This document shows positions 49,245 through 58,686 of a DNA stretch of 64,000 bases, piece after piece. Location of the stretch: NCBI GenBank assembly GCA_963790825.1, contig CAWBPM010000002.1, positions 97,702 through 161,701 of the forward strand, given 5' to 3'. The DNA comes from Candidatus Levyibacteriota bacterium. GTDB lineage: Bacteria; Patescibacteriota; Microgenomatia; Levybacterales; UBA12049. The notes beneath the pieces are model-generated. The model was not told where the DNA came from and searched no databases. It was given only the letters and a program-made list of their open reading frames with translations. Every line of letters begins with the position of its first letter. The first letter of the stretch is position 1. A program made the translations under genes and the position numbers.

Positions 49245-49268
49245 TCCCCTCTGAAGTTTAGACCTATC

Positions 49269-50297
49269 ATGTCTTTGCCTAAAATATCTGTAAATATTCC
49301 ATTTCGTGTAACAGGTAATGCAAATATTGCCCTCAAATCTCTCCTCTACGTTGATTATCCAAAACAACTTTTTGAAATAATTCTTATAGAAGGAAATCAG
49401 CCGGCAGCTCAGCGCAACGCGGGTATTCGTCTATCAAAAGGTGATATTATTTATTTTTTAGATAACGATTCAAGAGTTAGAAAAAACTCGCTGCGTCTAA
49501 TAGCAAATGAGTTCTCATACTCTTCTGCAGCAGCTCTTGGAGGCCCTAGTCTTACATACAATCAAGGCAAGAATGATCTCAGTCAATTAATTGGTTTTGC
49601 TTTAGAAACCTTTTTTGGTTCACTTCGCATGCGTTATCGTTACAGCAAAAAAACAACGGGTGAAGCATCAGAATATGAACTAATCGGAGCGAATCTCGCA
49701 ATGCGCAAAGCTGTTTTGAATAAGGTTGGCGGATTTGATGAAAGGTTTTATCCAAATGAAGAGACTGAGCTACTCAGAAGACTTAAAGATAAAGGGTATA
49801 TTTTGCAATACAAAAGAGAACTATTTATCCATCGGAAGCACAGAAAAGATCTGAGTGAGCTGACGAAGCAATTTTATCAATATGGAAGCGGGCGCATGAA
49901 GCAAATTAGGATAAACCCAAAGATAGAAGATATATTATTTATACTACCGGTTTTGTTCGAGGGCTATCTCATTACTCTTATTTTTTATCACACGCTTTTT
50001 TACGTATCTCCACTTCTTTTCTATTTGCTGCTTGCAATTACTACTTCAGTAAAAGCTGCTATTAAATACAAACGGCCTGATTTATTTTTTTCTTTGCCTC
50101 CACTTTTCTTACTTATCCACCTTTCTTACGCTACCGGTGAAATTACAGAGTATTTAAAACCCTTGTTTAATAAGCAACTGAAACTTCCTAAGCGTACCAT
50201 TAAACATAAGATTAAAGCGATTAAAATAAAAACGTATACAGAGGAGCTTTCCAGTGTTGAGAAACTTATTTCTTTTCAGCCAAAACGAGGTAATTAA
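49269..50297 (+). CDS. glycosyltransferase family 2 protein with C-terminal TM helices
   Basis: GT-A fold motifs (IILIEGNQP...DNDS...) in the first ~230 aa, then a membrane-embedded C-terminus. Confidence 0.6.
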   Translation: MSLPKISVNIPFRVTGNANIALKSLLYVDYPKQLFEIILIEGNQPAAQRNAGIRLSKGDIIYFLDNDSRVRKNSLRLIANEFSYSSAAALGGPSLTYNQGKNDLSQLIGFALETFFGSLRMRYRYSKKTTGEASEYELIGANLAMRKAVLNKVGGFDERFYPNEETELLRRLKDKGYILQYKRELFIHRKHRKDLSELTKQFYQYGSGRMKQIRINPKIEDILFILPVLFEGYLITLIFYHTLFYVSPLLFYLLLAITTSVKAAIKYKRPDLFFSLPPLFLLIHLSYATGEITEYLKPLFNKQLKLPKRTIKHKIKAIKIKTYTEELSSVEKLISFQPKRGN

Positions 50298-51048
50298 AGC
50301 ATATTGTATGAGATGGAAATATTTTATCGAGCAAGATGCAGAGATAAGAAAATGCAAGAAGAATAGGATAAAAAAGCAGTGCGAACAAGTAGAAAATTTT
50401 GTTTTTGTTTGCTATCTCAATAAGATAATCCATTAGTAATACAATAATTGTAGAAAAAATAGAACCTTCCTTTACTACTTTTAGTACCGTACATTGATTC
50501 CTATCAAATAATTTACGCAAGCCATATTCAGTAAAACGGAAATAATCTCTTGGGATCTCATGAAGACTCCAGGTTAGTGGGGCGCTGATAAGAATCTTCC
50601 CTCCTTTTTTTACCACCCTAACCATTTCACGAACACATAACTCAGGATTGGAATGATGTTCAAGGACTTGAAAAGAAACAACAGTATCAAAATTATTATC
50701 TTTAAATGGCAAGAGCAAAGATTTTTTATAATTGTTATCAAAAAATAGATCTGGTTTTTCACCAAGGATTCCTTTCGACCTTGAATAGTCGGGAAAATCA
50801 ATACCAACATAACTACTAACAGCAGAAAAAACTCCCTGATAGGGTTTTTCTCCACAACCAACGTCCAGTAATTTTCCATAAAATTTGTATCTGTGCGCTA
50901 GTAGTTTAATATCGCGTAGTAAGTAATATTTAGCTAAAAAATGAGGGGCTATGAGAAAATAAAGCGGTTGCAAACTCTTCCCAAAAGATTTTACAAATCC
51001 GGAGGCCTCAATAATACGCTTATTTTTTATATTTTTTTTCATTATCAA
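50266..51048 (-). CDS. class I SAM-dependent methyltransferase
   Basis: Motif I LLDVGCGEKPYQ. 260 aa with a C-terminal hydrophobic segment. Convergent 32-nt overlap with the GT2 gene. Confidence 0.6.
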   Translation of the reverse strand: MIMKKNIKNKRIIEASGFVKSFGKSLQPLYFLIAPHFLAKYYLLRDIKLLAHRYKFYGKLLDVGCGEKPYQGVFSAVSSYVGIDFPDYSRSKGILGEKPDLFFDNNYKKSLLLPFKDNNFDTVVSFQVLEHHSNPELCVREMVRVVKKGGKILISAPLTWSLHEIPRDYFRFTEYGLRKLFDRNQCTVLKVVKEGSIFSTIIVLLMDYLIEIANKNKIFYLFALLFYPILLAFSYLCILLDKIFPSHTICFNYLVLAEKK

Positions 51049-51056
51049 AATTAATT

Positions 51057-52229
51057 TTAATCATACATTAATAATTGGTACATTGCAGAATATAATTTTT
51101 CTCTATTGAATCTATTTTGTATAAAAGATTGTATCGCATGACGATTAAAAGGAGTACCATTTATACAATAAATAATCTTATTAATAAATTGTTCCTTATT
51201 CTTAACTAAATAGCCATTTTTATTGTTAACTATTATATCATTACACCCCTGAATATTATAGGAAATGACTGGTAATCCTAAACTTTGCGCTTCGAGTAAA
51301 ACATAAGGAAAACTTTCCCATTTACTGGTACAAAGCAGCAAATCATTGTCTTGGTATACATTCGCCGTAGCTTTATTTTCTATATATCCTAAATAATGAA
51401 CATTTGACCATTTTTTACTCAGTTTTATGATATCTTTTCTCAACTCTCCGTCGCCCGCAATATTCCATACAATCTTATTTTGATAACCTGAACTATTCAT
51501 GCTATCTATAATTTCAATCAAGTCGAACACTCCTTTTTGTTCAGTCAGCCTTCCGATCCAAAGCAAAGCAAAGGTACCTTTTTTGCTGGTAATTTTAGTT
51601 TTACTAATCGTAGCCTTATGAGAGAAATAGGAAAAGTCAAATGGGTGATATATTTTTTGTATTTCTTGTTTAGGTATTAATTTCGTTAATCTTTCCTCAT
51701 CAAATGTATTCATAACATGCAGTCTTAATGCTCCGGATAAAGCAAATTTATAAATCAGCGAGGAGTAAAGCAGATTATGCAGTTTTGACTGTAACGATTT
51801 TGTAATCGGATAAAAGGATGGAATATGGAGTCCATAAATAACAGGAGGAAGATTTTTGTAACCAATAACATATTTCAAAAGAATGACTTCTAGAAGATTA
51901 TTCGAACTGTAGATTACATCAAATTTACCCAGTTTCTTTTGCATATCTTTTAATCCTGAAACAGTAACATAGCGGACATCTCCCAATTGTTTTTTAATAT
52001 GTCCGCTTTTTTCTTTATATATTTTTCTATCTTGCAAACCTAAAAAATAAATATTATAGAAAAAAAGAGTTTTTTGCAGCATTTTTTCATCAAATGTCAA
52101 AATAGTAATATCCAAATCAGGATATCTTTCTTTTATACCGGTGGCAGTATCGATAAAATATTTTGCTAGCCCGCCGCCATATTCAAGCAGTAAGTAGTTA
52201 AAAAAAACAATCTTCATATTTCTAGTCAA
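51057..52229 (-). CDS. glycosyltransferase family 1/4 (GT-B) protein
   Basis: C-terminal E-X7-E-like region FPYVLLEAQSLGLPVISYNIQGCNDII typical of GT4 retaining transferases. Confidence 0.65.
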   Translation of the reverse strand: MTRNMKIVFFNYLLLEYGGGLAKYFIDTATGIKERYPDLDITILTFDEKMLQKTLFFYNIYFLGLQDRKIYKEKSGHIKKQLGDVRYVTVSGLKDMQKKLGKFDVIYSSNNLLEVILLKYVIGYKNLPPVIYGLHIPSFYPITKSLQSKLHNLLYSSLIYKFALSGALRLHVMNTFDEERLTKLIPKQEIQKIYHPFDFSYFSHKATISKTKITSKKGTFALLWIGRLTEQKGVFDLIEIIDSMNSSGYQNKIVWNIAGDGELRKDIIKLSKKWSNVHYLGYIENKATANVYQDNDLLLCTSKWESFPYVLLEAQSLGLPVISYNIQGCNDIIVNNKNGYLVKNKEQFINKIIYCINGTPFNRHAIQSFIQNRFNREKLYSAMYQLLMYD

Positions 52230-54279
52230 TTAATTTATTTCTAATTGCGGATTTTACATATGTATTCTCTGTAATATCCTCATTAAATTTAGCTTTGTAA
52301 TTTTGCTTGAATTTCTGAATCGTTAACGGAGTAACGTGACATTCTTTATCTAAAATATAGAGCTGGCCATAATATGTTCTCCAAATAGAGTAATTGATTA
52401 TTGCCTTTTTCATATTAGAAAGGGAATTAATACAGTCCTTGCTTCCTTTAAACTGGCTAATTGCCAGACCCGAATATGCGCTTGGATTTTGTTCATCGAT
52501 CCGGATAGCTCTTTGGTAATAGTTTTCTGCAGTTTTCGGATCGTGATAAAAAGACATGAGAAAATCTCCGGCCCGGACCAGAGTATTGGAGTAAAATGAA
52601 GGAATTTCGGGGGTAATGAGACCATCTTCGTCTAATTGTAATTCGTCGAGTCTGACAGGGTGCATGATTTTCCAATTATCCTCGAACGCTTGTATGTAAT
52701 CGGCTTTTTTGTAAACTGTTTTATTACTAATTATCTCACCCACCAAACCTCTTGGTAATAAATAAAATCCTCTCGGAACAAATGAGACATCAAAAGTGGC
52801 GTATAATTTTCTATTCTTGCTTATTTCCTGAAGTGTGTTATTTAAGACATTTTTTAGTTTAACTGCGGGATGAGATTTATGATATTTATTAATTTCCAGG
52901 TCAAGATACACATTCCCGCCGACTCCCAGAGGATTAATAATGTCTACATCCGGTCTGAACTTAACGACGAAATGCTCATACCAGATATTAAAAGTAGTTG
53001 TATCTCCAGATACAAGAAGAACAGAATTTTCAGGAAGTTCACTTAAAATATCTTTCGCATACGTATTACCGATCTGAGTGTGAGACATATCGGTTTTCTG
53101 AAAATTATAATAGATTAAATCAAACGGAATGAGCAGGAAATAGGCCAGAATTAGAGTGGTGTATATCTTTTTTGAAAGCTTTGAGTCCAATAATTCCTTA
53201 AGATAAAGAAAACCAAAAGGAACAAGAAGCATAAAAATAACATAAGGAAGAACATAAAAGCGTTCACTAATTCCCCAGGAAGTCGTAGTAGTAATAACAG
53301 GTGCAGAGTAATATACAAAGAACGGGCCGGATAAAAGAAAAGACAGAAGAATACTGATCAGAAGCAGTTTATTTTTTTTGTAGAGCTTTATAATTCCTAA
53401 GAGCGCAACAGCACAGATTTGATATGAAAAGGTAGCAATCAGAGTCTTGAAAAAATCTCCCACAACAATTAGTTTCACCCGTGTCGGGATCTGATCCACG
53501 AGGCCGGGTGCAGTTCCGTAATCTTTTCTTAAGATAAGATCCAGAAAATTTTTTAGGCTCGATGGATTATCCCAATTAACAATCGGGTTGGATAATGCGC
53601 TAAACGGTACGTAGATATAAGGTGATAGTCCCAAGAAAAAGAATAAAAAAGCAATAAAAATGTGTCTTCTTTGTGAAAAAATAACCGACGATCTTAAAAA
53701 AAGTAAAAAAAGAATTCCGGGAAAAATAAGAATAATAGTCTGGTGATGTGTCAGAGATAATCCGCAAAAAAATGAAAGCAAATAAAAATAGCGAATCTGT
53801 TTATCTTGGTAAAATACATAGGTAAAATAAAAAATAATAATTACAAAAAGATTGTTCAGACCAAATACTTCGGGAATTTCTGCATGCAGCCAGAAATAAT
53901 AAGAAAATGCTAAAATCGCAGTCGAAAGAAGAGAGAGAAAGAAATTTTTTGTAATTCTGTAAGATAATTTATAAAAGAAAATAAGGCCGATAAAGGAAGC
54001 AATCGTTGAAACCAATGCAACTTTTGTGACCGGCGGGAGAGAAATTGGTAGATGAGAAAAGAGAAAACCCAACATAATAAAAAGCGGATATCCCGGGGGA
54101 TGGGCAATGCCATGAAAAAAAGATGCGGTTACCAAATCTCCAATATCGCCACTATAGATATCTGAAGTTATGTTATGAAGGTAAAGGCCAAGAATAAGCC
54201 CAAAAAAAACAAATAAGACAATCTTTCTAACCTGGTTAGTCACAGGTACTATTATAGCAACACCGGTACTCCTTGACAT
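52222..54279 (-). CDS. GT-C fold glycosyltransferase-like membrane protein (DUF2723/PMT_2-like) with C-terminal TPR region
   Basis: SGDIGDLVTASFFHGIAHPPGYPLFIMLGFLF contains the HPPGYP signature recalled for DUF2723. About 12 TM helices, then a soluble C-terminus with TPR-like repeats (YYQRAIRIDEQNPSAYSGLAISQF). Confidence 0.5.
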   Translation of the reverse strand: MSRSTGVAIIVPVTNQVRKIVLFVFFGLILGLYLHNITSDIYSGDIGDLVTASFFHGIAHPPGYPLFIMLGFLFSHLPISLPPVTKVALVSTIASFIGLIFFYKLSYRITKNFFLSLLSTAILAFSYYFWLHAEIPEVFGLNNLFVIIIFYFTYVFYQDKQIRYFYLLSFFCGLSLTHHQTIILIFPGILFLLFLRSSVIFSQRRHIFIAFLFFFLGLSPYIYVPFSALSNPIVNWDNPSSLKNFLDLILRKDYGTAPGLVDQIPTRVKLIVVGDFFKTLIATFSYQICAVALLGIIKLYKKNKLLLISILLSFLLSGPFFVYYSAPVITTTTSWGISERFYVLPYVIFMLLVPFGFLYLKELLDSKLSKKIYTTLILAYFLLIPFDLIYYNFQKTDMSHTQIGNTYAKDILSELPENSVLLVSGDTTTFNIWYEHFVVKFRPDVDIINPLGVGGNVYLDLEINKYHKSHPAVKLKNVLNNTLQEISKNRKLYATFDVSFVPRGFYLLPRGLVGEIISNKTVYKKADYIQAFEDNWKIMHPVRLDELQLDEDGLITPEIPSFYSNTLVRAGDFLMSFYHDPKTAENYYQRAIRIDEQNPSAYSGLAISQFKGSKDCINSLSNMKKAIINYSIWRTYYGQLYILDKECHVTPLTIQKFKQNYKAKFNEDITENTYVKSAIRNKLID

Positions 54280-54313
54280 TCATCAGTATCCATGTTACGA
54301 TTTTCTTTAAGTT

Positions 54314-54697
54314 ATGGCAAGAATTTTAGTTGTCGAAGATGACCTTTTTATCCGCGAATTATATGTAGAAACATTAACCTCCGAAAAATATGAAGTGGAA
54401 TACGCGGTTGATGGGCAAGATGCATTTAAAAAAATTAAGCAGGGAGGGTACGATCTTATTCTGCTGGATATTATTATGCCCAAAATGGATGGACTAACTG
54501 TTATGAGAAAAATTGCCAAAGACCCCCCGCAAAAGCCAAATAAATTAGTAATTTTTCTGACAAACCTCGACGATTCGGATGAGATAAGGCAGGCACTTGA
54601 GCTGGGTAACGGATACCTCATAAAAAGCCAGTTAACTCCGGCCGATTTATTAAATGAAGTAAAAATGGATCTGGAGAAACTTCCTGCCGCTTCTTAA
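54314..54697 (+). CDS. response regulator receiver-only protein
   Basis: MARILVVEDD...DLILLDIIMPKMDGL...IFLTNL receiver motifs. 127 aa. Confidence 0.7.
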   Translation: MARILVVEDDLFIRELYVETLTSEKYEVEYAVDGQDAFKKIKQGGYDLILLDIIMPKMDGLTVMRKIAKDPPQKPNKLVIFLTNLDDSDEIRQALELGNGYLIKSQLTPADLLNEVKMDLEKLPAAS

Positions 54698-54717
54698 AAT
54701 TCTAAAATATAAAATAT

Positions 54718-55758
54718 TTATTTTTTTAATTGTTCCTTAAAGTAATCAACCCAGGGATTTATAGCAGGATTTAGGTCTAAGCGGAGAGCAAGATAAAATG
54801 TAAGAAAGCTTCCATAAGCGAGCGTCTGCATAAAATCATCGTAAACAGTAGCGCCCGAGGTTTGAAACTCATGAATTTCATGCTTATTCTTGCGAACTAC
54901 CTCCATTGTGAGTGCCATGCGTTTTACAATTTTTACTGAGTAATTAAATGAGTTAAGAATAAGAAAATGAAGATTATTCTTTTTTGGGAACTGCAGGCCT
55001 TCCATAAGATGGTGATTTAGGTCCGGTACCAGGTAGAAAGCAGAAAACGTTTTACTAGTCTCATTGAATTGATTACGTAAAATCTGTCCGTTACCCGAAA
55101 GATGTTCGGCCGCGAAAATGACCGGAATTTTCTCCATAAAAATTTCGCTGTCTTGCATTGCTCGTTTTTGCAACTCCGAAAATTTTTCTTTCAACCGTAA
55201 AATGGCATTTGTAATCTCCTGCTCATTCACAGTAATAACCCTTGATTTATTTAATAGACCCAAAAGCCCAAGTATCGTATAGCCGTTTCCCAGTCTTGGG
55301 GTGCCGGCGGGATTAAGTGCGCCATCAAAAATATAAGCAGGTATATTATTCTTTTCGGCAAATTCTGCTAATGGTCCGCCTTTGCTGAGCACAAGCATTT
55401 TTGCATTTTTCGCCTTCGCTTCTTCTGCGCAGGAAAGAACCTCCTCGGTAGTTCCGGAATAGCTGGTGAGGACTACCAGGCTTTCCTGATTGACAAAAGT
55501 CGGTAAATGGTAATCTGTAACTATTTCAGTAGGATAGGCCATCCCAGAGCCCTGCAGGGCCTTGGTAACCAGTGCTCCGTAAATGGATGCGCCCATGCCG
55601 CAAAATACTATGTTTTTAATATTGGTAATAGGTTGAATTGGAAGCAATTGTACTTGCTGCCAAGCAGTTTTAAGCTGCTCTGCCAAAAGCATAGTTGACG
55701 CATACGTATCCTGCGGATCAATTTTCTTTATAGCTTCTGTGTCAGTTAGATTTTGCAT
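54718..55758 (-). CDS. bifunctional phosphoglucose/phosphomannose isomerase (SIS-domain, PGI/PMI family)
   Basis: SIS-domain motifs (VFCGMGASIYGALV, VLTSYSGTTEE) in a 346-aa protein. Adjacent to the cupin and phosphomannomutase genes. Confidence 0.6.
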   Translation of the reverse strand: MQNLTDTEAIKKIDPQDTYASTMLLAEQLKTAWQQVQLLPIQPITNIKNIVFCGMGASIYGALVTKALQGSGMAYPTEIVTDYHLPTFVNQESLVVLTSYSGTTEEVLSCAEEAKAKNAKMLVLSKGGPLAEFAEKNNIPAYIFDGALNPAGTPRLGNGYTILGLLGLLNKSRVITVNEQEITNAILRLKEKFSELQKRAMQDSEIFMEKIPVIFAAEHLSGNGQILRNQFNETSKTFSAFYLVPDLNHHLMEGLQFPKKNNLHFLILNSFNYSVKIVKRMALTMEVVRKNKHEIHEFQTSGATVYDDFMQTLAYGSFLTFYLALRLDLNPAINPWVDYFKEQLKK

Positions 55759-56226
55759 TTACTTCTCTCCTCTTTCAACTTTGCGTTGCTCCGGAGTCTC
55801 GTCAGGACGTTTATAATCATCCTCAAGCCTAAGAGTTGTTCCCCGTTCGGGTGTTGAGACTTCAATAATATCGCAATCGGTAATTCCCACAAGCCGGTGT
55901 TTTTGCCCGAGTAGACACGTATAGCCAACATTGGGTTGTAGCTCGGTTTCTATGAGTTCTCCCTTATTGTTTTCCCAAACAACCTTTCCCCGCCCATTCA
56001 TAATCATCCAGCTTTCCTGCTTTTGATCATGCACTTGAAGTGACAAGCGGCAATTAGCCTTGATATGTAATATTTTCCCCATATAGGGAAGATTTATTGG
56101 TGTAAAGTGAAGTTCATAACCCCAGGGCTTCTCCACCTGTTTCGCATATGAGTCATTTGAAAAAGAGAATTTGTCTATTGTTTTTAAATCAAACATAGGA
56201 AAGAAGAAACTATTTTTTAAGTTCAC
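55759..56226 (-). CDS. cupin-domain protein (mannose-6-phosphate isomerase type II C-terminal-like)
   Basis: Cupin_2 pattern PWGYELHF...LSLQVHDQKQESWMIMNG...EVSTPE. 155 aa. Confidence 0.55.
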   Translation of the reverse strand: MNLKNSFFFPMFDLKTIDKFSFSNDSYAKQVEKPWGYELHFTPINLPYMGKILHIKANCRLSLQVHDQKQESWMIMNGRGKVVWENNKGELIETELQPNVGYTCLLGQKHRLVGITDCDIIEVSTPERGTTLRLEDDYKRPDETPEQRKVERGEK

Positions 56227-57592
56227 TTATTTTTTTAATAAGTTCGTCTCGTTTCTCTTCCATAACTGATTTGTCGTATGCTTCAACATTCAAGCGAAGC
56301 AATGGCTCAGTATTAGACGTACGAACATTAAATCTCCAGCCAGGATAGCTAACTGATATCCCATCAAGTGTAACTAATTCTCCGTCACTGTATTTCTCTT
56401 TCAATCCGTTAAGAATTTCCTGTGCATTCGTTACTGTAAAATTAAATTCACCAGACTCATAACTCCGTCTCAGCTCATCAACCACCTGAGATAAAGTCTT
56501 ATGTTCTTCTGTAAGCACTTTGAGGACGCTAATAATTGTTGCTAACTGTGATTCAGCGTTCCCATTTGATTGATAGTAGAAATGCCCTGAAGATTCTCCG
56601 GCAAAAATTGCACCTGTTTTACCCATTTCTTCAGTAATAAAAGCATGCCCAACTTTAGTAATACCGGATTTTCCGCCAAGCTCATTCACAATTTTCTGTG
56701 ATTGTAGGATATACCTAATATCAAACAAGATCGTAGCACCTGGTTTTTCCTTCAAAAGCTCCCTCGCAACCAATGCTGTAATCATGGTTGCCGTAACCAC
56801 CTGACCTTTTTCGTCAATAAAATACAAACGATCACCATCTCCATCGGGAGCTAACCCGAAATCAGCTTTTTCTTCAAGAACTTTTTTCTGTAAATCTTTT
56901 AAGTTGTCAAAGTTTAAAGGATCCGGTTGGTGAGCCGGGAAACTGCCATCAAGATTGAAATTCATTTTTATCAAATCTGCCGGAACTGTTTCAAATAACG
57001 CTTCAATATATTGTGCACCCATCGCATTTGCCGGGTCAGCCACGATTTTGAATTTTTTTAGCGTTGGATTAGCAAATAGCAATAAAGCGTTTACAACCTC
57101 ATCTTTTAAGATTCCCTCCTTCTTCGTTACTGTCCCCGACGTTTTTGGGGTTATTGTCACTCCTTCCATTGCCATATTTTTTATCTCCTCCATTCCTGTA
57201 GATTTACCAATTTTTATGAGACCTTGAGGACTATATATAACAAACTTCATGCCATTGTATTCCTTCGGATTATGTGAAGCTGTTACTTGGATACCGCAGT
57301 CGTACTTATAATGAAACACAGTGAAATAAAATGAAGGGGTAGAGAGTTGTCCGGCGTCAATTACCGCTGCTCCCATTTCAACCAGTGTCTTTTTAGCTGC
57401 CTCGAAAAGCTGTGGTCCTGAAAGACGCATATCATAGGCCAAAACAACGGTCGGATTTTGTTTATGTAGCCTTTCAGAAAAGAATTTGAAGATTGCCTGT
57501 GTGATTGGAATGATGTTTATCTCATTAAACTGCTCGGGGTATACTCCTCGCAGGTCGTAGGCCTTAAAAATTTTAGGATCAATGTCAGCCAT
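56210..57592 (-). CDS. phosphomannomutase/phosphoglucomutase
   Basis: Active-site loop TASHNPKEYNGMKF, metal-binding DGDGDR, and sugar-binding GESSGH. Confidence 0.8.
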   Translation of the reverse strand: MADIDPKIFKAYDLRGVYPEQFNEINIIPITQAIFKFFSERLHKQNPTVVLAYDMRLSGPQLFEAAKKTLVEMGAAVIDAGQLSTPSFYFTVFHYKYDCGIQVTASHNPKEYNGMKFVIYSPQGLIKIGKSTGMEEIKNMAMEGVTITPKTSGTVTKKEGILKDEVVNALLLFANPTLKKFKIVADPANAMGAQYIEALFETVPADLIKMNFNLDGSFPAHQPDPLNFDNLKDLQKKVLEEKADFGLAPDGDGDRLYFIDEKGQVVTATMITALVARELLKEKPGATILFDIRYILQSQKIVNELGGKSGITKVGHAFITEEMGKTGAIFAGESSGHFYYQSNGNAESQLATIISVLKVLTEEHKTLSQVVDELRRSYESGEFNFTVTNAQEILNGLKEKYSDGELVTLDGISVSYPGWRFNVRTSNTEPLLRLNVEAYDKSVMEEKRDELIKKISELKK

Positions 57593-57601
57593 TGCTATAT
57601 T

Positions 57602-58300
57602 TTAAATCTCAAGCAATAAAAAGTCAATTGCGCTGCTGAGAGGAGTAAGAAGCGTACCTGTTTTTTGAGCGAGGTCAAGCTCAAAAAGCTTTTGATAAAT
57701 TGCTTTAAGTTCGGAAGAAGAGAATGCTTTTGCCTGTCGCTCTAATTTTCCTCTTTGCCAGGGGGCAAGCCTTTTTACTTCCTCAATAGCCTCTTCGGTT
57801 TCTTCCCGAAGCGCAAGAAGCAAACGGAATTGACGAATCAGCATAAAAAAAACAATCTCTTCCTGATTGGTTTTAAGCAGATCCTTAAAAAGTGTCAGCA
57901 TTATTTTGTGATTTTTCGGTTTTATGCTGTCTAAAAAAACGAACAATGTTTTCGGATAGTGAAAATTTTTACAACTAGCTTCTTTCCAAAAAACGATTGA
58001 CCTCTTATCTATTTCTTTTCCTTCCCAAAGGTATATATCAGTGTCTTTTGCGCTTTTCTGTATCTGCTCTTTAATCGCATCCAGCTCCTTGCCGGTTTTT
58101 CGTTTGGATAACAGCAGCTCGATAAAAATGCCGCCTGAGGAAGAGAAAAGATCACTTCCGCCGGCAGCTTGGATAAGATCGGTGAGCGTCATTTTTTCAC
58201 CATCCAGGGATACGTTTTTCCCGTCCTGCTCCTTTATAGATAAATAAAACTTTCTCGATGTTACGATGTCTTCCCCATGAATAATAGTAAGCATAATCAA
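57602..58300 (-). CDS. holA: possible DNA polymerase III delta subunit (short form)
   Basis: N-terminus IIHGEDIVTSRKF resembles the holA start (YLLYGEE..L). The rest is helical with a delta-like layout. 232 aa is short for the family. Call is from memory of family patterns only. Confidence 0.35.
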   Translation of the reverse strand: MIMLTIIHGEDIVTSRKFYLSIKEQDGKNVSLDGEKMTLTDLIQAAGGSDLFSSSGGIFIELLLSKRKTGKELDAIKEQIQKSAKDTDIYLWEGKEIDKRSIVFWKEASCKNFHYPKTLFVFLDSIKPKNHKIMLTLFKDLLKTNQEEIVFFMLIRQFRLLLALREETEEAIEEVKRLAPWQRGKLERQAKAFSSSELKAIYQKLFELDLAQKTGTLLTPLSSAIDFLLLEI

Positions 58301-58680
58301 TGGTTTGCTGTTTTTTTCTTATATTCCTTAAAAAGCCTACCGGCCAGAGTATCCAGATGTCTTGCTCTGGTTCTATGCGGAAGGAGAGCGCCGGAAAAAT
58401 TTTTGGGGATATGTAAAATCTCATGAATAAGTACTTTTTTCTTTTGGTCTTCGTCAAGACGGTCGTAATACTTTGTTAATACCTCGATTACATAGGCAGG
58501 TTCTACACTTAGAGCATCTTGGAAGATTTTCGGAAATCCCCAGGTTCTGGCATATGCCCGCGCTTTTGAGCCTGAGGTACGGTAACAGAAGATTCTGTCC
58601 ATATTAATATGCGGCAAGTCCAGAATTGCCAAAATTTTTATAAGGTCTTGCCTAACATCGGGCGCGTTATTCCATTCCAT
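58297..58680 (-). CDS. putative zinc metallopeptidase (HExxH; SprT/DUF45-like)
   Basis: KKKVLIHEILHIPKNFSGALLPH contains HEILH plus a downstream His. Confidence 0.35.
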   Translation of the reverse strand: MEWNNAPDVRQDLIKILAILDLPHINMDRIFCYRTSGSKARAYARTWGFPKIFQDALSVEPAYVIEVLTKYYDRLDEDQKKKVLIHEILHIPKNFSGALLPHRTRARHLDTLAGRLFKEYKKKTANH

Positions 58681-58686
58681 ATATGA

